From: Gemmatimonadota bacterium
GTDB taxonomy: Bacteria > Gemmatimonadota > Gemmatimonadetes > Gemmatimonadales > JACORV01
Reading direction: 5' to 3'
Assembly (NCBI GenBank): GCA_016209905.1
Contig: JACQVG010000018.1
Coordinates: 1 to 40,079 of the forward strand
Length of the DNA stretch: 40,079 nucleotides
Below the pieces are notes generated by a model that had not been told where the DNA came from, searched no databases, and worked only from the letters and a program-made list of their open reading frames with translations. Positions 1 through 8,480 of the stretch are shown here, piece after piece. The translations under genes were made by a program, and so were the position numbers. Within the stretch, counting starts at the first letter, position 1, and every line of letters starts with the position of its first letter.

Positions 1-165
1 AAAAAGGCCGGCTTCCGCATCGCCCGCCAGGGCAAGCACATCGTGATGACGGACGGTGTGCGTATCCTCACGATCCCGCGCCACAATCCGATCAATGCGA
101 TCACTACGGGCGGCATCGTGCGCGACGCCAGCCTGAGCATCGAGCAATTCCGCCAGCTTCTCTAG
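1..165 (+). CDS. hicA: HicA-family toxin, 5'-partial
   Basis: Not in the ORF track. Frame +1 reads KKAGFRIARQGKHIVMTDGVRILTIPRHNPINAITTGGIVRDASLSIEQFRQLL*, matching the HicA pattern GF...G-x-H...TIP-x-H...I...EEF..LL. Confidence 0.8.
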   Translation, partial: KKAGFRIARQGKHIVMTDGVRILTIPRHNPINAITTGGIVRDASLSIEQFRQLL

Positions 166-177
166 GACCGGGCTGCC

Positions 178-303
178 GTCTAACGTGAGCGGCATAAGCT
201 GCAGCGCGGCCGACGACTGGGCAAGTGAGTCGAGCGCGACCCCGCACGAGCCGCGCACCTGGGCATGACCGGCCGCGCTGGCAGCTTCATTCGCTTGTTA
301 GGC
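178..303 (-). mobile_element. attC: Integron attC recombination site
   Basis: On the minus strand: R'' GCCTAAC (303-297), AAGCG spacer, arm ATGAAGCTGCCAGCGCGGCCG pairing with CGGCCGCGCTGCAGCTTAT with extrahelical bases, then R' GTTAGAC (184-178). 126 bp; the toxin stop codon lies in R''. Confidence 0.9.
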
Positions 304-600
304 GCCACCGGACAACTCGGGAGGCTCGGGTAGCTGAGCGTCGTGCCACACCGCAACCACCCAGACCGCGCGCCCCTGGGTGCGATAGAAGAATCGATAA
401 GGAGGCAGCACGACCTCGCGGTGAGGCAGGTCGGGGAACTCCGGGATGCGGCGCCCCGACGCAGCGTACCGCTCGAGTCGGCGCAGAGCCCTCTCGGCTC
501 GCTGCCGGAACCGTCGAGCCGCCAGTGGTCGGTCTTGGGCGATGTAGCCAACAGCCGCTACAAACTGCGCGCGGCCAGCCGGCGTGAACTGAACGCGCAC
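298..600 (-). CDS. RelE/ParE-family toxin
   Basis: MRVQFTPAG...YIAQDRPLAARRF...SGRRIPE...REVVLPPYRFFY...VWVVAVWH, a typical RelE/ParE sequence; starts 3 bp after the antitoxin stop. Confidence 0.85.
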   Translation of the reverse strand: MRVQFTPAGRAQFVAAVGYIAQDRPLAARRFRQRAERALRRLERYAASGRRIPEFPDLPHREVVLPPYRFFYRTQGRAVWVVAVWHDAQLPEPPELSGGA

Positions 601-603
601 GGG

Positions 604-879
604 CTAGGCCCGCTGAAGCAACTCGTCGGCCTCAGCCAGCACCGCGTCCAGGGCATGGCCGCGACCGGCCCGTATCTCTTTCTCTCCGCGTGCCAGCAAC
701 TTGAGAATCTGACGCTCGCGCTCACCCTGACGGTAGGCATCAATGCTCAGCAAGACGGCCGCCGCCCGACCGCGTTGAGTGACCACAAGCGGCTGCTTCG
801 AGCGGCCGACGCGCTTAAGGGTGCCCGCCGCATCCTGGCGGAGATCCGAAACCGGAATGATGTCGGGTACACGTGCCAA
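604..879 (-). CDS. Phd/YefM-family antitoxin
   Basis: IIPVSDLRQDAA..LKRV..SKQPLVVTQRGRAAAVLLSIDAY; TTG start with GAGGA ribosome-binding site. Confidence 0.88.
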   Translation of the reverse strand: MARVPDIIPVSDLRQDAAGTLKRVGRSKQPLVVTQRGRAAAVLLSIDAYRQGERERQILKLLARGEKEIRAGRGHALDAVLAEADELLQRA

Positions 880-896
880 CGGGTCCTCGGGCTTTG

Positions 897-934
897 GTAC
901 AACCTAAGGTACTGTTGCTGGTACTGCCTGGCAA
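897..934 (-). promoter_or_regulatory. Sigma70-type promoter and operator of the TA cassette
   Basis: TTGCCA (934-929), 17 bp, TACCTT (911-906); GTAC palindromes at 897, 909 and 921 (12-bp period). Confidence 0.7.
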
Positions 935-946
935 GGCCCCGGTGGT

Positions 947-980
947 GCCTAACTAGTAATTGAACAGAACTATCTAGCAC
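947..980 (-). mobile_element. Putative attI site (5' boundary of first cassette)
   Basis: Core GTTAGGC (953-947) is the exact complement of the cassette's R'' GCCTAAC. It is preceded by AT-rich TAGATAGTTCTGTTCAATTACTA, and no upstream R'' or hairpin makes it an attC. Confidence 0.6.
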
Positions 981-1393
981 GCCGGTCGAGCATCTCCTCG
1001 CAACCTATCGCTCGCCAGAGCGTGGGCGAGAAGCGGTTCAACTCCCCGGCACCAACGAAGATGTGGCTGCGGCGGAGCGAACACCAGCCGGTGATAGACT
1101 GCACGAAATCGCGGTTCATCCGCAAGGCCGAGGCCCGGCGGTGGCGAAGGTACGGGTCGGCCATCGCGCCCCAGCCGGAGCTTCGACCGCATGAGGGTCA
1201 AGAGTTGCGGATTGAACCACGCGATGGTCCTTGAGGCCAAGCCTCTCCCGAACGATATTCGCTACGAGCACGTTGCCCTCCAAGCAGTCCCGGTTGTCTC
1301 GACCAGGACCGGGAATAGCCGACAGGACACGTGCTCTTCAACATTCACGTCCTACGCGGCAGCACGGATTCTCGAGAGGAGCATCATTCCGGA

Positions 1394-2644
1394 ATGCCGA
1401 TCGGCGACGCCTTCCTCCTCGCGCTGCGCGCGATCTGGGCCCACAAGCTCCGCTCGTTCTTCACCCTGCTCGGCATCATCGTCTCCGTGGCGTTCCTGGT
1501 GGCGGTGCTCGCGATCATCCACGGGATGAACGCCTACGTCCGCGAGAACATCGTCCAGGCGATCGCCGGCTCGAACACCTTCCAGGTCCGCCGCGATCCG
1601 CTGCTCTCCGGGTTCAACTTCGACGAGCTCGAGTGGCGGCGGATCGAGCGCCGCCCCGTCGTCTCGCGCGATGACGCCGAGGCGGTGGCGCGCGCGATCC
1701 CCGACGCCAGAGCGGTCGCGATCCAGACCGGCTTCCCGCCGCCGTTCTCGGAGGTCCGGTGGCACGGGCAGTCGGCGGACGGGGTCATCACCCTCGGTAT
1801 CACCCCCGCGTGGCACCGGATCCAGGAGCACCAGTTCGCCATGGGGCACGGCCTCAGCGACGTGGACGTCTCGCAGCGCCGGCCCGTCGCGGTGATCGGC
1901 TGGGACGTGTACACCCAGCTCATGGGCGAGCAGGTGCCGCCGGTCGGCCAACGGGTGCGCGTCAACGGCCACGAGGTCACGGTCGTCGGGGTCGTCGGCC
2001 ACCGCGGCACCGTGCTGGGCCAGTCGCGGGACAACATGATCCTCCTCCCCTTCCCGACCTTCGAGGGCTTCTTCGGGCGGCGCAAGACGACCGTCGTGTT
2101 CGTGAAGATGGCGGAGGTCGGCGAGCTCAGCGGGGCGATGGCGCGCGCCGAGCAGGCGATGCGGGTCCGGCACCGCCTGCGGCCCATGCAGGAGAACGAC
2201 TTCACCATCGAGGCGTCGGACGCGCTGGTGGGGTTCTGGACCCGGCTCACGTCCCTGCTGTTCGCGATCATCCCGAGCGTGGTCGTCATCGGCGTGCTGG
2301 TGGGCGGGATCGTGATCATGAACATCATGCTCATGACCGTGAACGAGCGCACCCACGAGATCGGGATCCGCAAGTCCCTCGGCGCGCGCGCGCGCGACAT
2401 CCGGCGGCAGTTCCTGATCGAGTCCGCCACGATGGCGCTGATGGGCGGGGCGATGGGCGTCCTGGCCGGGACGCTCTTCGCCTCGCTGATCGCGACCGTG
2501 ACCCCGCTGCCCGCGAGGGTGAGCCTGACCTCCGTGCTCGGCGCCCTCGCCCTGGGAGCGGCGGTGGGGATCGTCTTCGGCGTCGTGCCGGCCGCGCGGG
2601 CGGCGCGGCTCGACCCCGTCGTGGCGCTGCGGGCGGAGACGTGA
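1394..2644 (+). CDS. MacB/FtsX-type ABC transporter permease
   Basis: KLRSFFTLLGIIV, MacB periplasmic domain, GGIVIMNIML..V.ERTHEIGIRKSLGA...QFLIE, C-terminal ARLDPVVALR. Start set to ATG 1394. Confidence 0.92.
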   Translation: MPIGDAFLLALRAIWAHKLRSFFTLLGIIVSVAFLVAVLAIIHGMNAYVRENIVQAIAGSNTFQVRRDPLLSGFNFDELEWRRIERRPVVSRDDAEAVARAIPDARAVAIQTGFPPPFSEVRWHGQSADGVITLGITPAWHRIQEHQFAMGHGLSDVDVSQRRPVAVIGWDVYTQLMGEQVPPVGQRVRVNGHEVTVVGVVGHRGTVLGQSRDNMILLPFPTFEGFFGRRKTTVVFVKMAEVGELSGAMARAEQAMRVRHRLRPMQENDFTIEASDALVGFWTRLTSLLFAIIPSVVVIGVLVGGIVIMNIMLMTVNERTHEIGIRKSLGARARDIRRQFLIESATMALMGGAMGVLAGTLFASLIATVTPLPARVSLTSVLGALALGAAVGIVFGVVPAARAARLDPVVALRAET

Positions 2645-3888
2645 ACGGCCTGCACCGGCTCCGGCTCGCCGCCGAGGGCGTAGTGATCGCCCTCGACGCC
2701 ATGCGCTCCAACAAGCTGCGCTCGGCGCTCACGATCCTCGGCGTGCTGATCGGCGTGACGACGGTGATGACCATGGCAGCGCTGATCCAGGGGATCAACG
2801 ACGACATCACCTCGCAGATCGAGAACGCGGGGCCGACGACTTTCTACGTCGTCTGGTGGTGGAACGGGGGCCTCCAGGTCGGGCGGCCGCCCGCCGAAAT
2901 CCGCCTGCGCCCGTACCTCGTCAAGGCGGAGGCCGACGCCCTCGAACAGCTGCCGGAGATCGAGTACACGGCGATGTACGGGTTCACCAACCAGCGGGTC
3001 AGCTACAAGGGCGACCAGACCCGGCCGATCACCATCTACGGCGGGAGCCGCCACGGCCTGGAGATTGACGGCGGGGTCATGGTGGCCGGACGCCAGTTCA
3101 CGCGCGACGAGGAGCTGGTGGGCGCGCCGGTCGTGGTGCTGTACGAGGAGGTGGCCGACCGGCTCTTCGGTCCCTCGATCCCGCTCGGCAAGGTCGTCCA
3201 GATCGGCACGCGCGGCTACCGCGTGATCGGCATCTACCGACGACCCGACAACCTCTTCGCCTCCGACGGACAGAGCGAAGCCGCCGTCATTCCGTTCCAG
3301 AGCCTGCGCCACAACTTTAGGTTCCCGGAGGAGCAGAACTCGATCGTCGCGAAGCCGAAGCCGGGCGTCCCCGTGTTCCGGGCGCAGGACGCGGTGACGC
3401 GGGAGCTGCGCCGGGTGCGCAACATCCCCGTCGGCGCCCCGAACACGTTCGACATCGTGACCCAGGCGCAGGTGCTCGACACGTGGAACAAACTCACCAG
3501 CGTGTTCTTCCTGGTCATGCTGGTGCTGGCCGGCGTGTCGCTGATGGTCGGCGGCATCGGCGTGACCGCGATCATGATGGTCTCCGTCACCGAGCGCACC
3601 CGCGAGATCGGCCTGCGCAAGGCGCTCGGGGCGCGGCGGCTGGATATCCTGTGGCAGTTCCTGGTGGAGGCGGCGACGCTGACGGCTCTGGGCGGCACGG
3701 CGGGCCTGGTCTTGGGCGGCGCCGTCGCCGCGACGGTCGCGCGGCTCACGCCGATCCCCGCCCAGGTGCCGCTCTGGTCGGTGGTGGCCGCCGTCGGCGC
3801 CAGCGTCGCCGTGGGGGTCGGGTTCGGCATCTTCCCCGCCAATCGGGCCGCGAGGCTGGACCCGATCGAGGCGCTGCGCTATGAGTGA
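2641..3888 (+). CDS. MacB/FtsX-type ABC transporter permease
   Basis: NKLRSALTILGVLIG, ERTREIGLRKALGA, ARLDPIEALRYE; GTG start overlaps the previous stop (GTGA). Confidence 0.92.
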   Translation: MNGLHRLRLAAEGVVIALDAMRSNKLRSALTILGVLIGVTTVMTMAALIQGINDDITSQIENAGPTTFYVVWWWNGGLQVGRPPAEIRLRPYLVKAEADALEQLPEIEYTAMYGFTNQRVSYKGDQTRPITIYGGSRHGLEIDGGVMVAGRQFTRDEELVGAPVVVLYEEVADRLFGPSIPLGKVVQIGTRGYRVIGIYRRPDNLFASDGQSEAAVIPFQSLRHNFRFPEEQNSIVAKPKPGVPVFRAQDAVTRELRRVRNIPVGAPNTFDIVTQAQVLDTWNKLTSVFFLVMLVLAGVSLMVGGIGVTAIMMVSVTERTREIGLRKALGARRLDILWQFLVEAATLTALGGTAGLVLGGAVAATVARLTPIPAQVPLWSVVAAVGASVAVGVGFGIFPANRAARLDPIEALRYE

Positions 3889-3897
3889 GGGAGGCCC

Positions 3898-4614
3898 GTG
3901 AAGCTCGATCTCTTGGCCATCGCCGCCCACCCCGATGACGCGGAGCTGACCTGCGGCGGCACCCTCGCCGCCGCCGCGCGGCAGGGTTACCGCGTCGGCA
4001 TCCTCGACCTCGTCGCCGGCGAGGCGGGCACGCGGGGCTCGGCGCCGACGCGCGCCCGGGAGGCCGCCCGGGCGGCACGCGCCCTCGGCGTACGGATGCG
4101 CGACAACGCCGGCCTCACGGACGCCCATCTCTTCAACACGGACGCCGCCCGGCGCCTCGTCGTCGGCTGGATCAGACGGCTCCGCCCGCGAACCGTCATC
4201 CTTCCCTTCCCCGTGGGCCGCCACCCCGACCACCGCGTCGCCTCGGAGCTCGGCCGCGACGCCTGTTACCTCGCCGGCCTCGCGAAGCTCGACGCGCCCG
4301 GCAAGCCGCACCGCCCGGCCAAGCTCCTCTACGCCCTGGCCTACCGCGAGGACCCGGTGAAACCCACGTTCGTCGTGGACGTCTCGGCCACGTTCGCCGC
4401 CAAGATGCGTGCCATCCGCTGCTATGCGTCGCAGTTCGAGGGCGCTCACACGGCGGGCGAGATCTTCCCCACGGGCCAGCACCTCTACGACCTGATCGTG
4501 ACCCAGTCGGCCCACTACGGGTCGCTGATCCGGGCGAGGTACGGGGAGCCGTTCTTCACCTACGAAACCGTGGCGATCAGGGACGTCGTCGCGATGGAAG
4601 TCCGGTCGCTCTGA
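3898..4614 (+). CDS. bshB1: Bacillithiol biosynthesis deacetylase BshB1 (PIG-L family)
   Basis: AHPDDAELTCGGTL, GEAGTRG, RHPDH, YASQF, YGEPF motifs. Confidence 0.8.
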   Translation: MKLDLLAIAAHPDDAELTCGGTLAAAARQGYRVGILDLVAGEAGTRGSAPTRAREAARAARALGVRMRDNAGLTDAHLFNTDAARRLVVGWIRRLRPRTVILPFPVGRHPDHRVASELGRDACYLAGLAKLDAPGKPHRPAKLLYALAYREDPVKPTFVVDVSATFAAKMRAIRCYASQFEGAHTAGEIFPTGQHLYDLIVTQSAHYGSLIRARYGEPFFTYETVAIRDVVAMEVRSL

Positions 4615-4670
4615 ATCGTCGGGACGCGAGGTCGCCACCCCGCCGTTCGGTGAGATAGATTACGGCCGTC

Positions 4671-5870
4671 ATGCCCGATCGCCTCTATCTCGACCACGCC
4701 GCCACCACGCCGGTCCGGCCGGAGGCGCGCGACGCGATGCTCCCGTTCCTCGGGGACGCCGCGTTCGGCAACCCGTCTTCCGGCCACGCGTTCGGCCGCG
4801 CGGCGCGCGCCGGCCTGGAGAACGCGCGGCAGCAACTCGCCGCCGCGCTCGGAGTCCGAGCCCCCGACGTCATCTTCACGTCCGGCGGCACCGAGGCCGA
4901 CAACCTAGCCGTCCTCGGCGCCGTGCTGGCCGCCCGCCCTTCGCTCGGCGGCGGAGGCGCCGCCCACCTCGTCTCCTCCCCGACGGAGCACAAGGCGATC
5001 CTGGGCGCGCTCCACGAGGCCGAGCGCCACGGCGCGAGGGTGACGTTCCTGCCGGTGAACGCGACCGGTCTCGTGGACCTCGCGGCTCTCGACGACCTGC
5101 TCGCCGGCCGGGCACCGGGCGGCAGGCCGACGCTCGTGTCGGTCATGTGGGTCAACAACGAGGTCGGCACGGTGCAGCCGGTGCGCGCGATTGCGGACCG
5201 GTGCGCTGCGGCCGGCGTGCCCTTTCACACCGACGCGGTGCAGGCCTTCGGCAAGCTCGCGGTGAACCTGGCCGCCGTGCCCGTGAGCGCCGCGTCGCTC
5301 TCGGCGCACAAGATCGGAGGTCCGAAAGGGATCGGCGCGCTGGTGGTGCGCGATCGCCGGGCCGTCGGCCCGATCCTCCACGGCGGCGGGCAGCAGGGCG
5401 GCCTGCGCCCGGGGACGGAGAACGTGCCGGGGGCGGTCGGCTTCGGGGTGGCGGCCGAGCTGGCGGCCGGGGAGCAGCCGGAGACTCACGCGCGGCTGGG
5501 CGCGATGCGCGACGCGCTGGAGACGGCGCTGCGGGAGCGGCTGCCCGACCTGGTGGTGCACGGGGCCGGGGCGGAGCGCGGACCCAACATTCTGAACGTC
5601 AGCGCGCCCGAGACCGACTCGGAGGCGATGCTCATGCACCTCGACCTCGCGGGGCTCGCCTGCGCCTCGGGCTCCGCCTGTACGACCGGCGTCGTAGAGC
5701 CCTCGCACGTGTTGACGGCCATGGGCGTGCCGCGCGACCTCGCCGTCGGCGCGGTCCGCCTCTCGCTCGGCGCGCTGTCCTCGCCCGACCGGGTCCCGCA
5801 GATCGCGGACGCGTTCGCGGGCGTCGTGGCAAAGGTCCGCCGACTGCGCTCGGTCCTGGCGCGGGCCTGA
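4671..5870 (+). CDS. iscS: Cysteine desulfurase (IscS/NifS family)
   Basis: YLDHAATTP, FTSGGTEADN, HTDAVQ, SAHK (PLP lysine), catalytic SGSAC. Confidence 0.93.
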   Translation: MPDRLYLDHAATTPVRPEARDAMLPFLGDAAFGNPSSGHAFGRAARAGLENARQQLAAALGVRAPDVIFTSGGTEADNLAVLGAVLAARPSLGGGGAAHLVSSPTEHKAILGALHEAERHGARVTFLPVNATGLVDLAALDDLLAGRAPGGRPTLVSVMWVNNEVGTVQPVRAIADRCAAAGVPFHTDAVQAFGKLAVNLAAVPVSAASLSAHKIGGPKGIGALVVRDRRAVGPILHGGGQQGGLRPGTENVPGAVGFGVAAELAAGEQPETHARLGAMRDALETALRERLPDLVVHGAGAERGPNILNVSAPETDSEAMLMHLDLAGLACASGSACTTGVVEPSHVLTAMGVPRDLAVGAVRLSLGALSSPDRVPQIADAFAGVVAKVRRLRSVLARA

Positions 5871-5916
5871 AGCTGTGCCGCTCCCCCGCTGACGCCCCCG
5901 GCCCGATGGCCTCCTG

Positions 5917-6975
5917 ATGGCTCCCCGCGTCCTGGTCGCCATGTCCGGCGGCGTGGATTCGTCCGTGGCGGCGGCCCTCCTCGTCGAGGCGGGCTTCGAC
6001 GTCGTGGGCGTCACGATGAAGCTCTTCTGCTACGCCCGCACGCCGGTTCCCGACCGGCCGTGCTGCTCCCTCGACTCGATCCTAGACGCGCGCGCGGTCG
6101 CCGAGCGCCTCGGCGTTCCCCACTACACGCTCAACTTCGAGGATCGCTTCGGGCGGGACGTGATCGAGAACTTCGTGGCCGAGTACGCTCGCGGCCGGAC
6201 ACCGATCCCGTGCGTGCGCTGCAACGCGTTCACGAAGTTCTCCGACTTGCTGGCGCACGCCGATGCCCTCGGCTGCGAGGCGCTCGCCACCGGCCACTAC
6301 GCGCGAGCGGAGCAGGGCTCGCTCTACCGCGCGCTCGACCGCGCCAAGGATCAGTCCTACTTCCTGTGGGGCGTGCGGCGCGAGGTCGTTCCCAGTTTGC
6401 TCACGCCGGTGGGCTCACGGACCAAGGAGCAGACTCGGGGCGTCGCGCGCCGCCTCGGGCTGGTCACGGCGGAGAAGGTCGAGAGCCAGGAGATCTGCTT
6501 CGTGCCGACCGGCGACTACGTGAGCGTCCTGGAAGAGCGCCTGCCCGCGGGCGCGGCGGCCCTCGCGCCGGGGCCGATCGTCACGACCCGCGGCGAGACG
6601 ATCGGGGAGCACGCCGGCTTTGCGCGCTACACCGTCGGCCAGCGGCGCGGCCTCCCCGGCGGCTCGTCCCGGCCGCGCTTCGTCGTGGCGATCCGGCCGG
6701 AGACGCGAGAAGTGGTGGTCGGCTCCGCCGACGACCTCGACCGCTGGGATGTCGAATTGCGCGAGCTCAACTGGCTCGCCGATCCGTTGGCCGCGGGCGA
6801 GGAGTGCGAGGTCCAGGTGCGCAGCCACGCGCGGGCGGTTCGCGCCGAAGTGCAAGCCGTCAGCGCCGAGGCAATATCGCTCGGGCTGCGTGAGCCGGCG
6901 CGCGCCGTCGCACCGGGCCAGAGCGGGGCTCTCTACCGCGGCGACCGCCTCCTGGGCGGCGGCGTCATCGCGTAG
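5917..6975 (+). CDS. mnmA: tRNA 2-thiouridine(34) synthase MnmA
   Basis: AMSGGVDSS, PCVRCN, ATGHY, KDQSYFL, SQEICF, YTVGQRRGL, PGQS, LLGGG. Confidence 0.97.
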   Translation: MAPRVLVAMSGGVDSSVAAALLVEAGFDVVGVTMKLFCYARTPVPDRPCCSLDSILDARAVAERLGVPHYTLNFEDRFGRDVIENFVAEYARGRTPIPCVRCNAFTKFSDLLAHADALGCEALATGHYARAEQGSLYRALDRAKDQSYFLWGVRREVVPSLLTPVGSRTKEQTRGVARRLGLVTAEKVESQEICFVPTGDYVSVLEERLPAGAAALAPGPIVTTRGETIGEHAGFARYTVGQRRGLPGGSSRPRFVVAIRPETREVVVGSADDLDRWDVELRELNWLADPLAAGEECEVQVRSHARAVRAEVQAVSAEAISLGLREPARAVAPGQSGALYRGDRLLGGGVIA

Positions 6976-6980
6976 CGGGC

Positions 6981-7484
6981 ATGGAAGTCATCCTGATCCG
7001 GCACGCGAAGGCCGGAGCCCGAGACCCCAACACCTGGCCCGACGACGACGACCGTCCGCTGACCTCCCAGGGGCGCAGCGAGCAGCGCGCGGCGGCGAGG
7101 GCGATGAAGAAGATGGGGATCAAGTTCGACTTCCTCGTGACGAGCCCGCTCGCGCGCGCCAGGCAAACGGCCGAGATCGTGGCCGCAGTCTATGGCTGGG
7201 TGGAGCCGCCCCAGCAAGCCGACCAGCTCGGCCACGGCTGCTCGGTGCCGGCCGTGATCAAGCTCCTCGCCAAATTCCCCCCCGACGTGCGGGTGGCCCT
7301 CGTCGGCCACGAGCCGGACTTCTCCTCCCTCGCCGCCGCGCTGATCAGCCATTCGGGCCATGTCGGCATCACCCTCAAGAAAAGCGGCGTCGTCGGGATC
7401 GAGTTCGACGGGGCGGCCGCGGCCGGCGCCGGGACGCTGATGTACCACCTCAAACCGAGCCAGCTCAGGGCCGTGGGCCGGTAG
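6981..7484 (+). CDS. sixA: Phosphohistidine phosphatase SixA
   Basis: LIRHAKA, DRPLT..G, SPL.RARQTA, LVGHEP. Confidence 0.9.
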   Translation: MEVILIRHAKAGARDPNTWPDDDDRPLTSQGRSEQRAAARAMKKMGIKFDFLVTSPLARARQTAEIVAAVYGWVEPPQQADQLGHGCSVPAVIKLLAKFPPDVRVALVGHEPDFSSLAAALISHSGHVGITLKKSGVVGIEFDGAAAAGAGTLMYHLKPSQLRAVGR

Positions 7485-7558
7485 GCGCGCGTCGGGCCCC
7501 CCCCGCCCCCGGGCGGAAGCGCCTGCCGCGTGGTGCACCGCTCGCTCCAGGAAAGCGA

Positions 7559-7583
7559 AGGCGCCCCGCTGTAGGGGGCGCCT
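7559..7583 (-). terminator. Hairpin between convergent sixA and cupredoxin genes
   Basis: AGGCGCCCC-7 nt-GGGGCGCCT, followed on the minus strand by TCGCTTT. Confidence 0.5.
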
Positions 7584-7613
7584 CGTCACTCGACTGGCTA
7601 GGCCGCCGCTCGG

Positions 7614-8015
7614 CTAGTCCCCCCCGACCGGAGTCACCACGATCATGCCGCTCATCTGGCCGTGCGTGGGACCGCAGTCAAACGTGCAGTACCACTCGCG
7701 CCCACCGAGCCAGTCGGCGACGAACGTCACCTCGGCCGGAATGCCGGGGTAGGCCGTGACCTCGATGTCCGTCCCCTGCACCCTGAAGCCGTGCGCCGAA
7801 TCCATCGCGCGCAGCGTGACGTGGACGGTGTCGCCGCGGCTGGCGCGGATGACCTGCGTCAGGTAGCCGCCCATCCTGGCGTCAATCACCACGTCCACAC
7901 GCTTGGGGCCGGCAACCTCGCTCGCGGTTGCGCTGAGCCGCGCCGCGGCGGCGCCGGGCAGGAGAAGGACGAAGATGAGCTGGAAGATCTTTCGAGTCAT
8001 GGTGTTAGACTCCAT
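7614..8015 (-). CDS. Exported stand-alone CuA cupredoxin (COX2/NosZ CuA-like)
   Basis: Signal peptide; D.AHGF...WYCTFDCGPTHGQMSG supplies the H...CxxxCxxxHxxM CuA ligand set. Start could be the second Met. Confidence 0.8.
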   Translation of the reverse strand: MESNTMTRKIFQLIFVLLLPGAAAARLSATASEVAGPKRVDVVIDARMGGYLTQVIRASRGDTVHVTLRAMDSAHGFRVQGTDIEVTAYPGIPAEVTFVADWLGGREWYCTFDCGPTHGQMSGMIVVTPVGGD

Positions 8016-8027
8016 GGCAATGGTACT

Positions 8028-8066
8028 TTGTGAAAATGTTCACAAGATTTGTGAAAAAAATAACAA
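8028..8066. promoter_or_regulatory. Tandem Rex-like operators
   Basis: TTGTGAA-AATG-TTCACAA (8028-8045, perfect Rex consensus) and TTGTGAA-AAAA-ATAACAA (8049-8066). Confidence 0.78.
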
Positions 8067-8293
8067 GCGCTGGGCGCGTAGTATAGCGGCAACCCTCCGC
8101 GAGTGGAAGGGGCTGTCCGGGAAAGGCCGTCTCGGATCGGGGCGCCGGCGCGCGCGGGGCCGCGCAGCCGTCCACCTCACCGCCGTCGGTGAGGCGTGGC
8201 CTGCGCCTCGCCTGTAGAAGGGCGCGCCCACCCGCTATATTCGTGCGTCCGCGGACTCGCGCGCATGTCACATCCACCCCGGAGAACAGACGG

Positions 8294-8479
8294 ATGACCA
8301 AGGGAAAGGGCGACAAGGCGGCCGCGATGGCTGCCGATGAGGGCTACTGCGTCAAGTGCAAGGCCAGGCGGACCATCACCGGCGCCAAGACGGTCAAGAT
8401 GGCCAACGGCCGACCGGCCCTGAAGGGCACCTGCTCCAAGTGCGGCACCGGAATGTTCAGGATCCTCCCCCCGAAGTGA
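8294..8479 (+). CDS. Small zinc-ribbon protein (DUF5679-like)
   Basis: GYCVKCK...MANGRPALKGTCSKCGTGMFRI; start is 8294 (GGAG upstream) or 8327. Confidence 0.75.
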   Translation: MTKGKGDKAAAMAADEGYCVKCKARRTITGAKTVKMANGRPALKGTCSKCGTGMFRILPPK

Positions 8480-8480
8480 G

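Noticed and set aside
180-963. ORFs 180-551, 225-587 and 343-963
   Set aside because: They overlap the TA cassette and attC in other frames and have no recognisable features.
1340-1365. IHVLRG peptide resembling the IntI C-terminal THVLNRG
   Set aside because: Too short, with no upstream HxLRH or GH boxes; probably chance.
1534-4638. 1034-aa minus-strand ORF and other long shadow ORFs (29900-32809, 23397-25655, 34617-37244, 27846-29573)
   Set aside because: They lie antisense to well-supported genes, are R/G/A/P-rich and lack motifs; expected in very GC-rich DNA.
8028-8045. Palindrome read as an FNR/CRP box or as the nos-regulon motif
   Set aside because: The spacing is TGAA-N4-TTCA with TTG/CAA flanks, which matches Rex, not TTGAT-N4-ATCAA, TGTGA-N6-TCACA or the N6 motif.
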